In this document: one piece after another, positions 38,401-46,367 of the stretch
Layout of the letters: every line of letters begins with the position of its first letter
Position numbering within the stretch: position 1 is the stretch's first letter
DNA from: Octopus sinensis
Taxonomy: Eukaryota
Assembly: GCF_006345805.1 (NCBI RefSeq)
Contig: NC_043006.1
Coordinates: 67,766,001 to 67,830,000, forward strand
Reading direction: 5' to 3'
DNA length: 64,000 nt
Notes under the pieces: model-generated
What the model saw: only the letters and a program-made list of their open reading frames with translations
Databases searched by the model: none
Told to the model about the DNA's origin: nothing
Translations under genes and position numbers: made by a program

Positions 38401-39633
38401 GTCTGAAACTAATGTTTTCACTATCCCTGTTTCACTACCATACCACACCACATGTAGTCCTCTACATACACTCACCATCTGTTTCTCTTCTCTATACAAC
38501 TACATATCTAGCATATACCTTGTATAGTCTTATCAACCAGTGTAAAAGTTCACTGAATGTTTTACACCCATGAGTCTCGTCATTTACCTTTGAAACAGTC
38601 CTTCATTACTGATTCAGTTTTCTCAAACTGTTAACTACTCTGTTTATCTTTTACATCTAAAACATTGTTTCCTAACAACAGATACTTCACCATGAAATAG
38701 TACCTCCTACACACTGTTAGAAAGTGGCCATATTTATCTTCTTCACACAAAGCCATTCTTCTTTCAACCAAATAGTTTACAATTCTTACAACCAGGTGCC
38801 ACTCTCTGTTAGCACCAGGTGCCGTTCCCCTGTTACTACCAGGTGCTGTTCTCCTGTTACGACCAGGTGCCATTCCCCTGTTACTACCAGGTGTCGTTTC
38901 CCCTGTTACTACCAGGTGCCGTTTCCCTGTTACGACCAGGTGCTGTTCCCCTGTTACGACCAGGTGCCGTTCCCCTGTTACTACCAGGTGCCGTTCCCCG
39001 GTTACGACCAGGTGCCATTCCCCTGTTACAACCAGGTGCCCTTTCCCTGTTACAACCAAATAGTTGTTAAACCACAGCAATTTTTGTGTATCCACAACTT
39101 TTGTGTCCTCAAGCTTTCACTGATTGACTTACAGGTAGAAACGACTCACTTCTTCCATCCACTGTTATTATTGACCCTCCCACTTTCACTCCCACCCTTA
39201 CACAGGCTCTATACATTCCTCTTTTTTTTCTTCCTCAGAGGGGGACACTTTCTCAGCGACATTTTTATAATGGCCAAGCCAACAAACATGATCATGTATT
39301 TGTGTGTAAGCCAACCCACAACAGAGTCTATGCATGTATGTGTGCATGAACTCCTGTATCTGTGTGTATATGTATATATATGTGCTGTGAATGTAAACTA
39401 TACACCCATTACTACACTGCTAATTAGTTAATTATCATCATATGTATAATTTCAGATTTATTGTCTACTGCTTTTTTATTATTATTATTTCTATTATTAT
39501 TATTATTATTATTATCATTATTATTATATATTTGCTTTTTACTCACCGTTCACCCACATCCAGGAAAGAGGGTAACCAACCCTCCATAGTAGGCAAGTGT
39601 GTATTTTGTCATCTCTCTCCCTCCCCACTCTCC

Positions 39634-39664
<31 letters not shown>

Positions 39665-42600
39665 TACTCTCTCTCTCTCTTTCTGTTGTCCTCTTCCTCC
39701 TCCTCATCCTTACTGTATACACAGTATATATACATTACTACACAACTGTGTACATGTTGCTGTGTCTGCACACTAACACATGCATGTACACATTGTACAT
39801 GGATGCACACACACACACACACACACACACGTGTCCACACATCCATATCGACTCCCCCACAAACACACATACAATGTTCACCCACATATGCACACACGTG
39901 CACATCAACACGCATACACACATCCACATGTCATAACAACAACTATCAATCTCAGACATTATCCCCTCCCTTCCACTTCTTTTAAAAAAAATAAAAACTT
40001 CTGACTCTACAGAGGGGCTGTGATTTTGCTTGCAAACCCTTCATATTTGTTACTAGATAAAAGGCTGCCCTTCTTTAGTGAAGAGCTGCTCTTTTATGAG
40101 GGCCACTCACAAGGTGGATTTATTTTGATGGTGTTTATGAATTATCCTTATTAATTTCAAATTTTCCTCCTTTCATCTCTACTCAATGTTTCACTCACTC
40201 TTACCACCTTCATTCAGCGGCGACAGTGAGTGAAGGTGCTGAGAGTTTCACCTTTTTTATTCATCACTCCACTCCCACACTCTACTCCATATTGCACTCA
40301 TTTATCATGTACATGTCACTCATTCTGGTCTCCTACCACTCATCCCTTATTCATCTATGCATATTCTGTGACATGCACTCAAAACTTCTATCTTTGTTGT
40401 TGTAAACCACTTTCGTGCACACTCTGCTCTGCACTGCATCTACGTCATATTCACTGCACCCATTTGTGGCCTAAACACATAGTCTGCACTTTGATAATCC
40501 ATAGTGTGATTTAGGACAGTCTTCCTTCTGAGACATGTCTCAACTACATATATCTTTCACCTCTCTGTTGCCATCTTAATATTTAACAAACAGTTTGCCC
40601 AACACTTGGGAAACACAAGCAAAAGACTGCTTTTCCTGGAGAAACTGCACCAACAGAGGTACCACCTCCTACAAACAGAACGGGAATGCAGAGGTACAAA
40701 GAAAACACAAGTCCAGAGCCAGCTCCTTGCCTTCAGTCCTGACAGACCATCAATATCTGACCTTCTTCTGAGCATGCATTGGACTGATTGGCCACAGATG
40801 GACACTCCACCTTGTCGTCTTCTCCCATGTGATGTTCTTAGTCATCATCAACAAAAATGAATTAGTGATTATAGAACCAATGGGATATTTAGCCAAAATT
40901 TTGAATCCTTTTAAGTCCCTCACAGCCATCATCAAATTATCAGGGTGGTGAACCACAAGTACCTTCTAGTTTGTCTTACCTGATGACCCCTGTCTTTCCT
41001 AGTCAGATCTGCTATTATACCTGTTCCTTGATTCCAAGAGAAGAAGAGGGTGTTTGGCTCTTAAAATGATATATTTCTCAACATCCTTCCATTAGCCTAC
41101 CTGACCATCCATTTGCTTATCACTCAAACAACTCCCTACCCAAGTATCTATCGACTGACCTACAAAGAATCTGCCTACTCCATCTGACCATTTACCCTAC
41201 TGGCTTCTCACCCATCCATCTATGTCAAGGAGATACGGATACTGAAATATCAACCCAGTTCATTCATTTTCAGTCCATGTATATCCGCCTTAGGTATTTT
41301 AGTCACTCTTTACTCCACATTAATTATCTGTGATAGACTAGTATTTCTACCTATCCAGGGGGAGATTTCATCTCTTATCCACTCATTACTTCACAAACCC
41401 TGAGCAAAGTTATCCCTATACTTCTGTCAGTCAACAAATGCAAAACTATCAATGGACAACACTTCAGTTATAAGGAAGAAACGGTAAATCAATAAGAGAA
41501 CCTCTACATGGTTATATGGTTACTGGACATTACTCTGGAAGGAATTAAGGCCAGTTTCCTAGTCTCTCTGGTGTTTTATATATTCTTTCTTGGACAGGAT
41601 GCCAGTCCATTGTAGCATTACTCCTTTTTTTACCAGCCGAGTGGACTGGAGCCATGTGAAATGAAGTGTTTTGCTCAAGAACACAACACATCATCCGGTC
41701 TAGGAATCGAAATCACAATCTTACAATCATGAGTCTAACACCCTAACCACTAAGCCACACTGATTGGATAGGAGTAAAGTGGAATGAAGTGTTTTGCTCA
41801 AGAACACTATGTGTTGCCCTGTCCAGGAATTGAAATCACAATCTTACAATCATGAATACAAGACCCTAACCACTAAGCCACACTGAGTGGACTGGAGCCA
41901 TGTGAAATGAAGTGTTTTGCTCAAGAGTACAATGTGTTGCCCTGTCCAGGAATTGAAACCACAATCCTGAGTCCAACACCTTAACCACTATGCCTTACAG
42001 CTACCTACCCAAGCATCTGTTGACTGACCTACAAAGAATCTGCCTGGTCTGACCACTTAACCTGGTTGACTTCCCACCCATCATCCATCCATGACCAGCT
42101 AGGATTAACATTAAAATCTCCCTCAAATCATAACTTTGTCATTATCATCATCATCATTTGGGTCAGCTTTTTACTGCTGTTATGGGTTGGACATATCATT
42201 ACAAACAGAACCAGTTCTTATTTTGCATCACACCTAAATGGGTCACGAACCACATCTTGGGTGTGTTACATTACACTGACCAACAAATTCTAACTTTTTT
42301 CTGCTGACCTAGTTTGAGACTTGTTTTGGAGTAATTTGAGGTCACTGAGTTTTTAAATGGCTATAGTTTTTTTCTATCACATCTGGTTTTATTATTTCTA
42401 TGGGCTAGCCCATATTGGCCCCACCCTTAGCTCCATGTTTGAATTGCCCTGACTCTTTTCGTTATACATGTGGGTGTTTTACAGTACCAAGTCAAAGAAT
42501 GAATGTTGGTGACATTATTGTTTACTGCTGTGACATGGTGGGACTGTTAAACACAATGGGTGTTGAACAGTATGATCCTAGTGAATGGAGACTCTTTATA

Positions 42601-45600
42601 GATAGTTCAAAGAAAAGTCTAAAATGTGTATTACTGGAATTGAAACGAACACGACACTGTTGGAAGGTAGGTTTAGAGAGGGTGTAGGCCAAAACTACAA
42701 GGATTCTGGATTGTTTTTCCTGTTTTTTTACTTAACTTTTGAGAGCAGTTGGGTTCATTTTTAGTATTCTTGTTTGTGAGAGCAGTCGAGTTTATTTCAG
42801 ATATTCTCATTTTGAAAATCATCTCTGGCTAATTGTTGAGAGGATGTTGGTGTTGCCTTGGCAGAGGTTTGTGCTCTCTGAGTATTCTTATTATTATGGT
42901 TATTAGATTGGCAGAACCATTTGGGTGTTTTTGTTTATTTCAAGTGCTTTGAAGATGTCTTTGCCTTTCATCCTTTCCATGTTGTTAAAATTAAATTGCA
43001 GTCAGGTTATTAGGATTGATATTATTTGATGGTTTCTCCCTAGAAAATACCTGGCCTCATGTTTCAGGCCTTTCTGCTTAGCACAAGGTATTGAACTCCC
43101 AAACCTGGCTTCTGTGTGTTGAGTATTGAGTCCTACAGCAATGTTTCACCCTCCATTCCACTCAACTTGATCCGTTGTCTAATTGATACGTTTACCGCTT
43201 TTATTTTTTTCCCCCAGGCATCAAGACCTTTGTTCTGACTGGGATCTAAAACAGGGTTATATGATGCATTTGACAGAGGCAATGACAATGTACACTCATT
43301 GAAAATTCAACTAAAAATTATACTTTGCCTTCTGTATTATTTTTTCCATCAATATCAAGTTTAAGGCAGTGAGTGAAGGCAATCATAAGGCAGCATGTTG
43401 TGTCCTTGAGCAAGACACTTTATTTCACATTATTCCAGTCCACTTAGCTAGCAAAAATGAGTTATACTTGTACTCCAAAAGGCCAACTTTATCACATTCT
43501 GTGTCTTGCTGAATCTCCCTGAGAACTACATTAAGAGTATGCGTGTCTGTGGAGTGCTCAGCCACTTGCCCGTTAATTTCACTAGCAAGCTGTTCTGTTG
43601 ATTGGATTAACTGGAACGCTCGTCGCTGTAACCAACAGAGTGCCAGTTAATCATTACCATTCCAGGTAAAATGTTTTGTGGCATTTCATCCATCTTTACA
43701 TTCTGAGTTCAAATTCTCCTGAGGTCGACTTTCATCCTTTCGGGGTTGATAAAATAAGTACCAATGAAACACTGGGGTCAATGTCATCAACTTAATCTCT
43801 CCCTTAAAATTACTGGCCTTGTGCCAATATTTGAAACCAATATTCAACAAATTTGCTTCCCAGTCACATTCTTGCAGGTCCAGTTCCACTGCATGGCACC
43901 TTCAGCAACTATAGCCCCAAGTTGACTAAAGCCTTGTGAGTGGATTTGGTTGACAGAACTGAAAGAAGCCTACTGTGTGTGTATGAGCATATGGTATACA
44001 AAACATCATAACTTAAAGTGCTGACTCTGAAATCTGTAGAAAATCTATAGTTTATCACATAAAACTGAAAATATTGCACTGCTAACACAAGAAGTAGGAC
44101 ATGATATTGACTTGTAAACCTTTAATATACTATAGTATATTATGGTTGCAAAATGAAATACTGTGTTGTTGCCAGTAATTAATATAATTATATTGTGTGT
44201 GTATGCTTGTGTATACACTTGTCTTGACATCATGTGATGGCTATAAACGAGCCTGTTGTTAGTTTCCAGTCTTCCATGAAAAATATGTCTGGCCATGTGG
44301 GAAATATTACCCTGCTTGGAAACAGGTGAGGGTTGACAACAGAAGAGCATCTAGCCATAGAAAATCTGTCTCAGCAAATCTCATCTGTTCCATGTAGGCA
44401 TGGAAAACGAACATTAAAGGATGATCTTATATATCATTATCATCGTTTAGCATCTGTTTTCCATGCTGGCATGGGTTTGACTGGAACTGGTAAGCTGGAG
44501 AGCTGCACCAGGTTCCAGTCATCCATTTGGCTTGGTTTCAATGGCTGGATACCTTTCCTAGCACCAACCACTTTACAGAATAAACTGAGTGTGTCTTACA
44601 TGGCACTGGCAATGACCATCGTCCACTTAGCTTGACATGTCTTTTCAAGCACATCAAATCACCAGAAGTCCCTTTACACCATAGATATAGTCCTTCGTGG
44701 CTGATATATGGTTAGTATGTTTCACACCAGACGGTCAAGGCCTAACAACAGTACAGGCACAGATATTGGATTGCTGACATGTGATGTTTGATGGCAGAAA
44801 AAGTCCAAGTTGTCATCTGCAGTAAACCTTCCTCACCACTTTAATATTTTCTTGGGTGGCAAGCTGGCAGAACTGTTAGCATGCCAGGCGAAATACTTAG
44901 CGGTATTTCGTCTACCGTTATGTCCTGAGTTCAAATTCCGCCATAGTCGACTTTGCTTTTCATCCTTTTGGGGGTCAATTAAATAAATACCAATTACACA
45001 CTGGAGTTGATGTAATTGACTTAATCTCTTTATCTGTCCTTGTTTGTCCCCTCTATGTTTAACCCCCTGTGGGCAATAAAAATATAAATATTTTCTTGTT
45101 TCCTTTCTCTATATGAATACTAAATTAAGCATTAGATAAGGCGACGTACCAATCTATATTATATACATTCATCAACATATCTTACATCTGATATAATAAT
45201 TGCTAGTGTTAAATAATTTTGCATATCTATTTCGATTCATCACAGCTGATTGCATACACAAACAGCGCACACTGTTCCCCCTAAGGGGCCTGTGAGGTTT
45301 TCTTTTTTGCCATCTTTTATCATGTTCGATACAGAATTATCCATTCTGCTGTGTCCTTCACTCATTCTACTAACTATTTATATTTCTCTCTTTGTATCTC
45401 TTTCTCTCTGTTGTTCAATGTTGGGTTTATTGCAGGAACAGTACTTTGATTCTGCAGTGGAGCTGTCTATAAAATTTTGTTGGCTTTCTGCTTAAGCTGC
45501 ATGCTATGCTTTTTGTTGGTGGGTTTTTTTTTTTTGGTTTATTTGTTTTGTTTTTTGATTCTAGCTTCATAGCAGCATAGGTGCACTTTGTTGCTTACAA

Positions 45601-46311
45601 AAATAACATGTATACATATTAGCCAGTCATTCTTTGTGATAAGCTGTCATTGTGGTGTCTACAATCAAGGCAGTTACCATTGGTATCAATAAAGCACCTG
45701 GTCAGCATTATGAAGGGCATCCAGCTGTAGAAACCATGTCAAAACTAGCAATAACCTTCAGTGCAGCCCTAGCAGCTTACCAGATCCTGGTAAATGATGA
45801 TTACTTCATTAGGAAGCACCCCCATAGAAAGTGATTGCAATCTGGGCATCTTAACATTATCTCTGTGTATCTTGTTTATGAAGGGTTGTGTATGTGATAT
45901 GCATAGCTGCTTTATATATATATATAATATAATAAAATATAACCCGTCTTGAATGGCTCAACAATGCAGAGTAGACTATAATAACTGTTGTACTTTAATT
46001 ATCCATAGTCTGATGTAATATTTTGGAATACAAAAATTCCTTCTTCAGATATTGCTAGGAATTGATCGAGTCACTGCTATAATCAGTTTTCCAACGGTTA
46101 CTGAAAACCAATTATAGCAGTGACTCAATCAATTCCTAGTGATATCTGAGGGAGGAATTTTTGTATTCCGAAATATTATATCAGACTATGGATAATTAAA
46201 TTACAACAGTTATTATAGTCCACTCTGCATTGCTGAGCCATTCAAGACAGGTTATATTTTACAAACAATACACAATGCTTCAAGCAAACTACAATACTCT
46301 CCTATATGTGT

Positions 46312-46367
<56 letters not shown>

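Noticed and set aside
38790-39060. CRISPR-like appearance of regular short repeats (also 10440-10875)
   Set aside because: The units are contiguous with no unique spacers, no cas genes are present, and the context is eukaryotic.
38631-39431. Longest ORFs in the track (235, 154 and 83 aa) with repeating peptides
   Set aside because: They are translations of a stop-free 21-bp minisatellite, open on both strands, with no gene context.
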